NCBI RefSeq assembly: GCF_018977255.1
Contig: NW_024704742.1
Coordinates: 81,904,001-81,968,000, forward strand
DNA: 64,000 nucleotides
Source of the DNA: Callorhinchus milii
Lineage: Eukaryota
Direction of reading: 5' to 3'
How positions within the stretch are numbered: the stretch's first letter is position 1; every line of letters starts with the position of its first letter. Under the pieces are notes generated by a model. That model was not told the origin of the DNA. It worked only from the letters and a program-made list of their open reading frames with translations, and did not search any database. This document shows positions 52,729 through 64,000 of this stretch, in pieces. Both the position numbers and the translations under genes were made by a program.

Positions 52729-53043
52729 GTGGAGTCCTGTAGCTCAGTGGTTAGAGCACTCGCTTTGCAAGCGGGAGACCTGAGTTCAATTCCAGGCAGG
52801 GCGAAACCTTGGGCAAGTTTCCTTACTCCACACGCCTAATAATAATCCCTCCAAAAACCAAAAACAATAATAAATTGGTCATTTTCAATCCACGACTGTT
52901 TGTGGGACATTGCTGTGTGCAATTGGCTGCCGCCCACAAATATACAGTCAATTCACTTTACAGTGTGTTCTGTGAAGCGCTTTGGGACGTCCTCCCGACG
53001 TGAAAAGCGATATATCAAATGCAAGGATTATTATTATTATTAT
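52729..53043 (+). mobile_element. Young full-length tRNA-derived SINE, short variant
   Basis: Nearly identical to 17163-17484. Confidence 0.92.
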
Positions 53044-53509
53044 ATTGCACAAAAGAAGGATATGCACCACTGCTGTGAAATACTCTGGGTGCAAGAGTAA
53101 CATATATGCCTGCAGAGGGAATCTGTATTATCAGACGCACATGTTAGTCAGTTTCACTGGAAAGCACTTTGGTTTACACTCCAGGGTAACTTACAATTTT
53201 CACAAAAGGGATGGCAAACTTTGTTACTTTATGTCATTTGCAACATCTGCACACCAGGAATTATGAGTAAAACAGACAGCCACAGGTAGTTTTGCTCCCA
53301 AACAATTTTGTCTTTTAGAATTATAACAACAGCTTACGTTTATATAGTGTCCTTCATGAGGGGTAGCGACTTGGAGCGCTTAACATTGGCATACTTTGAT
53401 GCAGAGCCTGTCAAGGACTGGATTGATGGGGGTGTGGAGTTTCGTATGGGTGAGGATACGCTGCTAATAGGATTAATGTTTCAACAATGTTGACTATAAT
53501 CACAAAGTC

Positions 53510-53955
53510 AGTCAGCCTGACTCAGTTGGTCCAATTTTGCCTCTGAGTCAAAAGATTGTGGGTTCAAGCTCCACTTCAGGACTTTGAGCTCATAGCTGAC
53601 AATCTGGTGTAAACCTGGGCAGTATTGTATTGTCAAAGGTGTTGTACTTCAGAAAACACATAAAACTGATCATAGAATCATACAGCGCAGAAAGAGGCCA
53701 TTCGGCCCATCACAATGTATTGTCTGCCTGTTCAGGTGGACATTAAAGATCCCACTGCATTAGCTGCAAAGAGAAAGGAGTTTCTCTGGAGTCCTGGATA
53801 TCAAATCCCAAACAACAAAATGTTAGTCATTCGTTTCACAGATATTTGTGGAACACTATTGGGTGTAAATTGGCTGCCCACTACAAATGCACAGTCGCTA
53901 AACATTTCATTGAAATGGCCCGAGATATTTTAATAAGATAAGATGCTACATCAAA
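53510..53955 (+). mobile_element. Deu-domain SINE containing a short inverted CR1-tail fragment (about 53670-53712)
   Basis: Head CAGCCTGACTCAGTTGG...GGGTTCAAGCT; CTGCCTGTTCAGGTGGACATTAAAGATCCCA Deu motif; internal ATCATAGAATCATACAGCGCAGAAAGAGGCCATTCGGCCCATC. Confidence 0.65.
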
Positions 53956-54084
53956 AGTTATTACATACTTCTGAAAAGGATGCATAATAAGTGTATACAA
54001 CAACCTCGGCCATCAATTGGGAATTTGTCATGGCTCAGTAGATTTGTGAAAATGATTTTTTGCAGGGGCACACACAGATATAGC

Positions 54085-56262
54085 AACAACAACAAAATTA
54101 CATTTGTATAGTGTCTTTCACGTCAGGAGGATGTCCCAAGGTGCTGGACAGATAGAGTTTCAGACCCGAGCTGGGGGTCTGAGTCGGGGCGGGTGGAGGG
54201 CAGGGGGGGCAGGGGGGGAACCAGGGAGATTGAAAGCACGGTCGTAGAGAAGGGTCTTAAGGTGGGTCTTGAAGGAGGTAAGGGAGGGGGCGAGGCAGAG
54301 CGACTGCGGGATGGAATTACAGTGGGTGGGGGTAGAGTGTCAGAAGGCCCGTCCGCCAATAGTAGGGCGAACGAAGCGGGGGATATGAAGCAGGCCGGAA
54401 CCCGCTGAGCAGAGGGATCGAGCGGGATGGTAGGGTGTTTGGAGGTTGAAGAGGTAGGGGAGCAAGACCATGGAGGGCTTTGAAGGTGAGGCCAAGGATT
54501 TTGAACTGTATCCTCTGTGTGATGGGAAGCCAGTGGAGTTGGGTGAGGATGTGAGTGATAGGGTCAAGGAGCCTGGTGGGGGAGAGGACACGGGCTGCAG
54601 AGTTCTGGATGATCTGCAGCCTATGGGGGGAGGAGTTGGGGAGGCCAACAAGCAATGAGTTTGCATAGTCAAGCCTCGATGTAATTAAACAACAACAATA
54701 GCAACGAGATTCCATTTGTATAGCGCCTTTCATGGCGGGAGGATGTCCCAAAGCGCTGGACAGAGTACAGCATTTCAGACCTGAGCTGGGGTCAGGGGGG
54801 AGAAGGGATGGGAGCTGGAGAGGATGGATGGATCCCAGTAGCTGGAGAGGAGGGATGGATCCAGGGAACATTTTTTTCAGGATGGCGGTGATGACAGCTG
54901 TTTTTAGGGGGGTGGGAACTGAACTGGTGGACAGGGAGAGGTTAATGACATCGGACAGGAGGGGGGGGCAGAAGGTGGAGCTGGGAAATGAGGAGAGAGG
55001 TGGAGATGGGTTCGAGGGAGCAGGTGGTGGGTTTGAGTTTGCGGACAGTCGTGGTGAGGGAGGTGGGAGAGATAGGGTTGAAGGAGTATGGGGCGGATGG
55101 GTGGGGGGTGGGTCATGAGGGAGAGGTAATGTGGGGTTGGCTGTGGATGGGGCTGAGGTGGCAGAATGTATCCCCTCGATTTTAGATATGAGGAAGTCCA
55201 GCATCTCCTCACAGTTGGAGTTTGAGGAGAGGATGGGCGAGGTATGGGAAGGTGGACGGAGGAGACGGTTAGTAGTGGAAAAGAGAAGCCGGGTTTGTCC
55301 TTTGCCTCCAAGATAACCTTGGAGTAGAAGGAGGATTTGGTGGAGGCAAGAGTGCAGCAACAGGTCTTGGTGTAGTGAAACCAAATCTGCCGATGGACCA
55401 TTAGTTTGGATTTGGTCCAGGTGCGTTCAGCAGCTCACACTTGTGCCTTGAGGGAACGGAGATGGCTCGTGTACTGGGGATTTACAGGAGAGTATGAGGC
55501 AGTTCGGGAGGTGAGGGGGGCAAAGGAGTCCATAATGGAGGAGAGGGAGTTGTGGAGAAAGGAGAGTGAGGAGGGGAAATCAGTCAGCGAGGGCCAGAGG
55601 TGTAGGAGTTCAGATGACTCCAGGGCAGTGGAGACGGAGAGGGAGGAATTTTTTTTCTATGTATGTAACAGTGAAGGGGGAAGGGGTTCTGGGGTGTTTG
55701 AGGGAGATGAAGTGGTGGTCCGAGATGGCTTTATTGACGATGGTGATGTCCGAGATGGTGAGGCCCCGGGTGATCACCAAGTCAAGGGGGTGGCCATGGA
55801 TATCGGTGGGAGAATGGATGAGGAGGGAGAGGTTGAGGAGAGCAGGAGGGGGTGAAGCGGAGATTTAAGTTGCCTAAGATAAAGAGGCGTTCAAGCAGAG
55901 GGAAAGGGAAGATAGGAAGGTGGAGATGTCCAAGAGGAAGGTGGGGGAAGGCTTGGGGAGACGGTAAACAAGGAGGATTTTGAAGGAAAGCTTGGAGGGG
56001 TGGTGGAGGGTAAGGTGTTCAAAGGAGAGAAAGGTTCCAGAGGAGTAAGGGGAAAGACCGAGGGGGGACCGGGAGATGAGAGCCATACCACTGCCACGGC
56101 AATTAGGTATGATTAGGCAAAAGCATGTACAAGTGTTTTGGTGGCCTGCGGTATGATACAGTGGCGGAGCCGGACTGTTGCGGAGATGGGGGAAGGCAAA
56201 GCTGGTCGTGGCGTAGATTTGGGATAGAAAAGATAGTTGAGGGTCAAATAAGACGCCTTGGT
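54085..56262 (-). mobile_element. Composite of L2 fragments (APE-linker piece plus two 3' ends)
   Basis: Tails at 54085 and 54688; APE motifs around 55700-56100; [13 protein letters not shown] near 54880. Confidence 0.85.
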
Positions 56263-57371
56263 CTCTCCTGTGTGTTGAAATATAAAAGTGTGTTGCAACT
56301 GGTGTTCTAGTTGGCCGTGCATTTGTCGTTGAACAAGACATCCAATTTTGTGCACAGCAATGGGCCAGGGAGAGCCATAAATGAATGCCAATTTTATTTG
56401 GAGCCTGAACACTAGGAGAAACCTTTCATTTGTTTCAAGAACAAATTTGTTTGTTTGAAAAACAAATTAGATAGATTTCTGCTGGAAAATAATATCTTGG
56501 GACAGTATATAGTTTGTGACATGATATGTCAAGCGACTGCCAGGATGGTGGAAGGCGAACTAAATGGACATTGGTCTTCTTTCACCCAGCAAATTCTTAT
56601 ATTCTTACATTTCAAACTTTTCCATGTGATCTTTAATGCCCACAAGAACAGACAGACAACATATCACCTGAAGGACAACGTCTACCACAATGCAACACAT
56701 CCGTAGCATTGCATTGGAGTGTCAGCCTAGACTTTAAAGCAATTTGAGACATCTTTCTGACATGAAAGAAGCTATATCTAATAGAAATAAAACTATTATT
56801 TAAATTAGTTCAATCTACACTTAATTTAAAATCCTGCAATGCTTATTTAGTTCTTTTAGAAGAATATAATACTAACCCTTCAATAACGTCACCATCATTC
56901 TAAACTCTGCTGGAGGAGATATATACCCATTCTTCAAACCATTAACAATGTCCTTGACTGTTTTTCAATCACATTGTATAAAATGTCAGACCATTGCCTA
57001 TTCATGCTCCCGTGTTTAATGACTGGTTTCCTGAATGCCTAGACACATTATTGTGCTATTTTATCAAATGGGCCTTACTAACATTAATATATTCATATGG
57101 AATATATCCAGAACTGTTTTTCCAAATTATTTCCTCCACTTTGCATTTGTATCCAAATCCAATAAACACACTAATAATAATCTTCTGATATAATAATAAA
57201 GTAATAATTAACCTTGTATTTCTGAGATATTATTCTCAAATCACAACTATCACATATAAATACACAGTCATCAAACACTTAGAAGACATCAAACACTTAG
57301 AAGATTTTACTGTAAAGTCAGTGACTGTGTATTTTATAGGCGAACATGACATGAACAATTTGCACACATCA

Positions 57372-57577
57372 ATGATAATAATAATCCTTGCATTTGAAAT
57401 AGCGCTTTTCACATCTTCTAGATGTCTCAAAGAACTTCACAGAATATACTGTAAAGTGAATTGACTGTATATTTGTGGGCGAAACACGGCAGCCAATTAC
57501 GCACAGCAGTGTCCCACAAACAGTCGTGGATTGAAAATGACCAATTTATTATTGTTTTTTTTGGAGGGATTATTATT
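57372..57577 (-). mobile_element. tRNA-derived SINE 3' part
   Basis: Reverse complement of about 11555-11755. Confidence 0.85.
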
Positions 57578-58890
57578 CAATGTGCCCCAAATAGCCATGA
57601 AGCATGTAACCAATTTTATTTTTTGGGCAGACACTAGGAGAAACTATCTTTTTTTGAATAACGTAAACAGGCAGATGTCCTGCATCTTGGTTTAATGTTT
57701 CATCTGAAGGATGGCCATCCCAGGACTGCATTGGAGCCCAGATTTATGAGTTCACAGTCCTGATGTGGGGATTCAAACAACAATCTTCTGTTTCAGAGCT
57801 GAGGCAGCCTCATTGGGTATATGGGGTGATACAAGGTTGCCATTCTAAGTTTGCCTTTGAATGGAGTTCCTCTCCATCCACTCCATGTAACATACTACAG
57901 TTGCATTTGAGTACACTGTGTAATGTTTCCTAAACATCACCATATCATATTCATAGCAGAATTTGTAGAATAATAATAATAATCCTTGCATTTAATATTA
58001 AAGGACCTTAAGATGTTGAAACATCTCACAGTGCTTCACAGAAATTCCTCAAAGTAGAGTGTCTGTGTGTTTGTATGTGATAGTTGTGATTTTGAGAATA
58101 ATACCTCAGAATCTCAACTAAAAATAAGGCTATCATTCCCTCTTCCAACCTGATTTAAAAATAGATGCAATACATTTAATTACTAGTCCATATTTTATTG
58201 TTTACATAGAATATAACATTCACGGTGAACATTTTGCCTATGAAATACATAGTCACTATACTTTAGAGAAAATCCTGTGAAGCACTTTGAATGAAAAGCT
58301 GCTTTACTAAATTGCAGGACCATCCTGGGTGTTTAAGTCAAATGTTATTTCTTATTTATACAACAATACTTATTCCCAACAACAGACTGCAAGTAAAGTT
58401 CGATGACATTAAAAAGTGTAAAAAATCAACTCTATTTAATGGTGGCTTCACACTTCATCACAGCACAGCTTTGCTCATTAACAGTCTGTAAGGGAGAGAA
58501 TTTGTCATTTCCTTTTATAGTCTCAGAGCACTGCTTCCTCCATCTCTCCTATTAGTCAGTTCTCACCGTTTAGGGTGGAATGACCCCTTCACAAGTACAC
58601 AACAAACTTCAAGTAGCATGTTGGTAATTAACAACACGGACGACTCAATACCTTTCTGTTCTCATTTCATTGCAGGCTCCAGCATGACAATAATATTTGG
58701 TTCGCAGTCACTCCCCTCTTCAGATTGTCAAATAGTCCTATATGAGGTGAGCTAGAATTGCCCTTGTGGGTTGTACTGACTTGTGCAAATCGATTCTCAG
58801 TTTCCCAATTTGCCTTACACAAGATCAGCACTTTAATCTTTAGTCAGGTTGTTCTTTAGATTGTCTTACATCCCTCTCTATGTGTTGATT

Positions 58891-58917
58891 CCCTCTCTCT
58901 CTCTCTCTCTCTCTCTC
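58891..58917 (+). repeat. (CT)n microsatellite
   Basis: About 12 uninterrupted CT units. Confidence 0.9.
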
Positions 58918-59184
58918 CGTATCTCTTTCTCTAATGGATCCCCAAGGACCAACACCTTGTCATAATGCAGATTGATGATGCGCTTCTGTTTATTAGCTCA
59001 GTTTAGACATATCATATCACAGGTTAGGTCACAATAAAACAGTATCTGGACTGTCACATATGGCTTATCAACTAAAACATTTTGAACTTATTTGGTCTTC
59101 TATTGATACAGGGGTGAAGCCCCATTCAAACATGCTTTACAGCTGTTTTAGAACACATTATAACAGCTCCCATATTAATAGCTC

Positions 59185-60320
59185 CCCAGGCTTCTCTTCT
59201 TCATCACCAACCAACTCCTCTGCCAACCCTCCCATGCCACACCCATCCTTTCCTCCAACGCCAACTGCAAGTCGATGCTGGACTTCCTCAAAACCAAAGT
59301 CGAGGGGATCCATGCAGTTGCCTCTGACCTTCTGCCTACTACCCTGTCACCAACTCCCCCTCACATCCCGGCCCCTACCCATCCCTCCCTCCACATCTTC
59401 AAACCTGTCTCCCACTCCTCTCTCATCTAAATCTTCATGGTTCTGTCCTTGAATGGTTCAGATCCTGCCTTTCACACCGTCTCCACTTCATCTCCACAAA
59501 CGTTTTTTCCTCCAGCCCCCGTACATTCTCATGCGGCGTTCCTCAGGGTTCTCTCCTTGGTCCCCTCTTCTTCCGTATCTATATTTACACTCGTAGTGAC
59601 GTAATCCGCAGACATGGGGGTCAACTTCCACATGTATGCGGATGACACCCAACTCTATCTCTCTGCCTCCTGCCTTGACTCCAAGACCATTGCTGGCCTG
59701 ACAGAATGTCTATCAGACAACAAGTCCTGGATGAGAGTTAACTTTCTTCTGCTGAATGTCAGCAAGACCGAGGCCCTCCTGATTGACTCTCATCAGCGCC
59801 TCCACACCTCAGAAGCTGACAGCATCACCATCCATGGATGCACAATATACCCTACTAAGCCAGTCCGGAACCTTGGCGTCTTGTTTTACTCTCAACTATC
59901 CTTTCTACCCCACATCAGTGCCATGACCCGCTCTGCCTTCCCCCACCTCTGCAACATCCAACAATGTCTCACACAGCAGGCTGCCGAAACCTTCATACAC
60001 ACATTCATAGCATCCAGGTTTGACTATGCAAACTCTCTGCTTGTCAACCTCCCAAACTCCTTCCTCCATAGGCTGTAGATCATTCAGAACTTTGTAGCCT
60101 GTGTCTTCTCCCCCACCAGGCTCTGTGACCCTATCAACCCCATCCTCGCCCGACTCCATTGGCTTCCCATCACACAGAGGATACAGTTCAAGATCCTAGT
60201 CCTCACCTTCAAAGCTCTTCATGGCTTGCTCCCCCTACCTCTGCAACCACCTAATCCCCTACCAACCTGCCTGCTCGCTCCCTCTGCTCAGCGGGCTCTG
60301 GCCTGCTTTACTTCCCCTGC
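59185..60320 (+). mobile_element. L2 LINE fragments, internally deleted, tail missing
   Basis: ORF 59614-60078 [10 protein letters not shown]...LNVSKTE. Confidence 0.88.
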
Positions 60321-63300
60321 GCGACGTCACTTGCGCCCACCAGGTTTGAATCCCTGGAACCTGGTGGATAACATAATGTGTGCCCTGCACCCATCTACCC
60401 CCTCTGCGCCACCTCTAGCACGTCCCTCCGGCACCGGTCTCCATGAAAGAGGGCTGACAATGCCCCTTTATTCACCCGCCTCAAGTCTCGGCGTGCTCAA
60501 TTTGGTTGCCGCCCCTGATCCAAGTGTTCCTTCCCCCAAAATACCCCCATTCCTGCAACTCTCCATCTCTGTCCTCCTCTCTCCCCAATCTACTCACATA
60601 CTATCCCCACTTGACTGTCCCACAGTCGCCCTCAGCTCCAGACTGGTAATCCTCTGCTGGGTCCATTGTGGCACTCTGCGTTGACTGTCCAGCAGCAGCC
60701 ATACTAACTACCCCATTACCCACTATCACCGTACGTCCGCTGGACCCAGACACCAGAGTCCAACCTCTCCTTCCTCATCCCTAGTCCCATCCTCACTACC
60801 AATCAGTCCATTATGTCCTCCCATCTCACATATTCCCCTAACAACTGTCCCCTTCGCACCAGCCTTCAAAATATCCGCTCCCTCCTCAACGAGGCTCTGA
60901 CTATCAATGACTTCATCGTTGATGAAAATATCCATATCATGGCCTCACTGAAACCTGGATCACCCCAGGCGACATCTCCCCTTCACTGATGTCACACCAC
61001 CCGCTATACCCACACCATACCCCACATCCCAACCTCCATTGCAGTAGTGTGGCCCTCATATCCAGGACCTCACTGGCCCTAACCCTTACTCCTCTGGCTC
61101 ATTCCCCTCATTTGAGCACCTTACACTCTACCATCATCCAATCTTTCCCTCAAAATTCTCCTCATTTACTGCCCCACATGAAACCTCACCCGCCTTCATC
61201 TCTGACGTCTCCAGCCTTGTAGTTTCCCTCTGCCTTTATTGTGAATGCCTCCTCATCTCCAATGACTTCAACCTTCACTTCACCCCCCTCCTGCTCTATC
61301 TCCTCGGGCTTCTTCTCTCTCCTCTCACAACCTTCCCTCCACATCCATTCTGCCACCCACTTTCATGACCACCCAGTTGACCTGGTGATTACCTGCGAGG
61401 AGATGCTGGATTTTCTTGAATCCAGAATCAAGGGAATTCGCTCCGCGGTCACTTCCCCTCCAACCTCCACCCACCCACCACCCCCTCGCTCCCACACTCC
61501 GACTCCTACCCATCCTCCCCTACACACCTTCATACCAGTTTCCCCACCCTCTGTCACCAAACTCATCCTATCCCTGAAAACCACCACCTGCTCCCTCGAC
61601 CCCATCCCCACTCCACTCCTTATCTCCCAGCTCCACCTCCTTGCCCCACATATCACAGACATCGTCAACCTGTCCCTCTCCTCTGTCTCTGTTCCCATTC
61701 CCCTAAAAACGGCCATCATCACTCCCACTTTGAAAAAACACTCCCTTGATGCGTCGCAGCTATCAAGCTACCGGCCCATCTCCAACCTTCCCTTCCTGTC
61801 CAAGGTCCTGGAATGAGTTGTCGCCTCCCAGCTGCGCTCTTTCCTCTCCACCCATTCATTATTCGAACCCCTTCAGTCGGGTTTCCGTGCTGCCCATAGC
61901 ACAGAAACCGCCCTGGTCAAGGTCACCAGTGACATCTTGACCATCTGCGACCAGGGCTCCCTCTGCCTCCTCGTCCTACTCGACCTATCGCCAGCATTCG
62001 ATACGGTCGACCATGCTATCCTCCTCCACCGCTTGTCCTCCCACCTCAACCTTCAAGGCCCTGTCCTTGAGTGGTTTAGGTTGTACCTCTCCCACCGTCT
62101 TCATTTTGTTTCCACAAACGGCTTTTCCTCCACCCCCGCACTGTCTCGTGCGGTGTCCCTCAGGGCTCTGTCCTCGGTCCCCTCCTCTTCACCCTCTATA
62201 TGCTCCCCCTTGGTGACATCATCCGCAGACATGGGGTTAACTTCCACATGTATGCGGATGACACCCAACTCTACCTTTCCTCCTCTACCCTCAACTCCAC
62301 GACCACCGATGTCCTGACAGCTGCCTGTCCGACATCGAGTCCTGGACGAGAGACAACGTTCTTCAGCTCAACGTGCGCAAAACTGAGGCCCTCCTGATTG
62401 GCTCACGTCAGTGCCTCCGCACCTCAGGCGCTGACAGCATCAGCATCCAAGGCTGCACTCTCCACCTCTCAAAGACAGTCAGGAACCTCGGCGTTCTGTT
62501 CGTCCCTGAGCTGTCCTTTCTTCCTCATATCCGCGCCACAACTGGCACCGCCTTCCATCACCTCCGGAACATCGCCAGACTATGGCACTACCCTCACGCT
62601 GCTGAAACCCTGGTCCATGCCTTTATCACCTCAAGGCTGGACTGTGGGAACTCTCTCCTCGCCGCCTTCCCGGCACCTCCCTCCACAAGCTGCAGGTCAT
62701 TCAGAACTCTGCAGCTCGTGTACTGTCCCGCACCAGGCTTCGGGACCACATCACTCCCACCCTCGCTCGCCTCCACTGGCTCCCCATCCCCCAGAGGATT
62801 GATTTCAAGATCCTCATCCTCACCTACAAGGCCATTCACGGCCTTGCTCCCTCCTACCTCTCCAACCTACTATCCCCCTACCTACCTGCCCGTACCCTCC
62901 GTTCCTCTGGCTCCGGTCTGCTCCACGTCCCCCGCCCCAACCGCCCTACCATCGGTGGCCGGGCCTTCAGCCTCTCAGCCCCAGGCTCTGGAACTCCATC
63001 CCCCAGTGCCTTCGCCGCCTCCTCCCTTTCCTCCTTCAAGGCCGGTCTCAAGACCTTTCTCTTTGACCGTGCCTTCAGCTCCCCTCTCGACTCTCTTCCC
63101 CCTCCTCGCTCCCTCCCTTCCCTCCCCTCACCCTGACCATTTCCCCCCTGCTCGGGTCATGACCCAACTGTGCAGCGCCTTGGGACGTCCTCCTGACGTG
63201 AAAGGCGCTTTATAAATGGAATCTTGTTGTTGTTGTTGTTGTTGTTCCTCTGGCTCCGGTCTGCTCCACATCCCCCGCCCCAACCGCCCTACCATCGCTG

Positions 63301-64000
63301 GCCGGGCCTTCAACCTCTCAGCCCCTAGGCTCTGGAACTCTATTCCCCAGTGCTTTCGCCGCCTCCTCCCTTTCCTCCTTCAAGGCCGGTCTCAAGACCT
63401 TTCTCTTTGACCATGCCTTCAGCTCCCCTCTTGACTCTCTACCCCCTCCTCGCCCCTTCCCTTCCCTCCCCTCACTCTGACCATTTCCCCCTTGCTCGGG
63501 TCGTGACCCAATTGTACAGCGCCTTGGGATGTCCTCCTGACGTGTAAGGCCCTCTATAAATGGAATCTTGTTGTTGTTGTTGTTGTACCTGGGCCTCAAT
63601 CTCTTGAATATCGCAACCACAGACAAAGCCATCTCCAATCACCATTTAATCTTCTTAAATTCCTCAATCCCTCTCCCCACTGGCACCAAACCCACCTCCA
63701 ATTCCTATCGCTGCTGGAAATAAATCTCCCCACAATCCCTCTCCGCTGCTCTGGAATCATCTGAACTCCTCCCCTTCTGCCCTACCTGCCGCACTGATGT
63801 ATCCTCCTTGCTCACTCTCCTCCACAAATCCCTTTCCAACACCCTTGATCCTTTGCCCTCCTCACTCCCGAACCAGCTCCCACTCATAAATCTCAACCTG
63901 GTACACCAGCTACCTCCACTTCCTCGTGGGTAAGGTGTGGGCTGCCGAACACATATGGCTCAAGTCTGACCTAATGGTCCACTGGCAGATCTGGCTGGGT
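60321..64000 (+). mobile_element. Older L2 LINE 5' region (leader and APE), split by a young L2 and running off the window
   Basis: LQNIRSLLNEALTINDFIVDENIHIM, TETWITPGD, NDFNLH, DLVIT before 61395; DKAISNHHLI after 63591. Confidence 0.8.
61396..63585 (+). mobile_element. Young L2 LINE, 5'-truncated, with a doubled 3' end
   Basis: Near-identical to 44500-46102; second tail unit 63246-63585; TACCTG duplicated at 61390-61395 / 63586-63591. Confidence 0.95.

Noticed and set aside
54317..55384. Longest ORF (355 aa) as a host gene
   Set aside because: Chimera of L2 fragments, partly out of frame, reading through an L2 tail
57269..57305. 18-bp tandem duplication CATCAAACACTTAGAAGA
   Set aside because: Ordinary slippage duplication inside a decayed SINE tail
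1..64000. CRISPR array or prokaryotic operon/defence system
   Set aside because: No regularly spaced repeat-spacer array and no gene-dense coding; recurring motifs are dispersed SINE/LINE tails

Overview
Eukaryotic, repeat-rich non-coding DNA (intergenic or a large intron) from a vertebrate. The repeat complement points to a cartilaginous fish, probably a holocephalan (chimaera/elephant shark); this is inferred from family resemblance, not a database hit. I found no supportable host exon, true tRNA, rRNA or CRISPR array. The protein-like ORFs I could assign are decayed retroelement or transposon fragments. These include many L2 LINEs with (TTG)n tails (two young, near-identical copies at about 44.4-46.1 kb and 61.4-63.6 kb), CR1 LINEs (one long copy at about 47.5-51.8 kb with ORF1 esterase, APE and RT remnants), tRNA-headed SINEs with L2-type tails, and older Deu-domain SINEs. 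Most notable: a 234-bp Penelope-like fold-back insertion with a 14-bp target-site duplication (TSD) and a hammerhead-ribozyme core; a Harbinger transposase fossil; a frameshift shared by both young L2 copies; and nested insertions with readable TSDs that order the insertion waves. Most repeat boundaries are approximate (tens of bp); TSD coordinates were read base by base.
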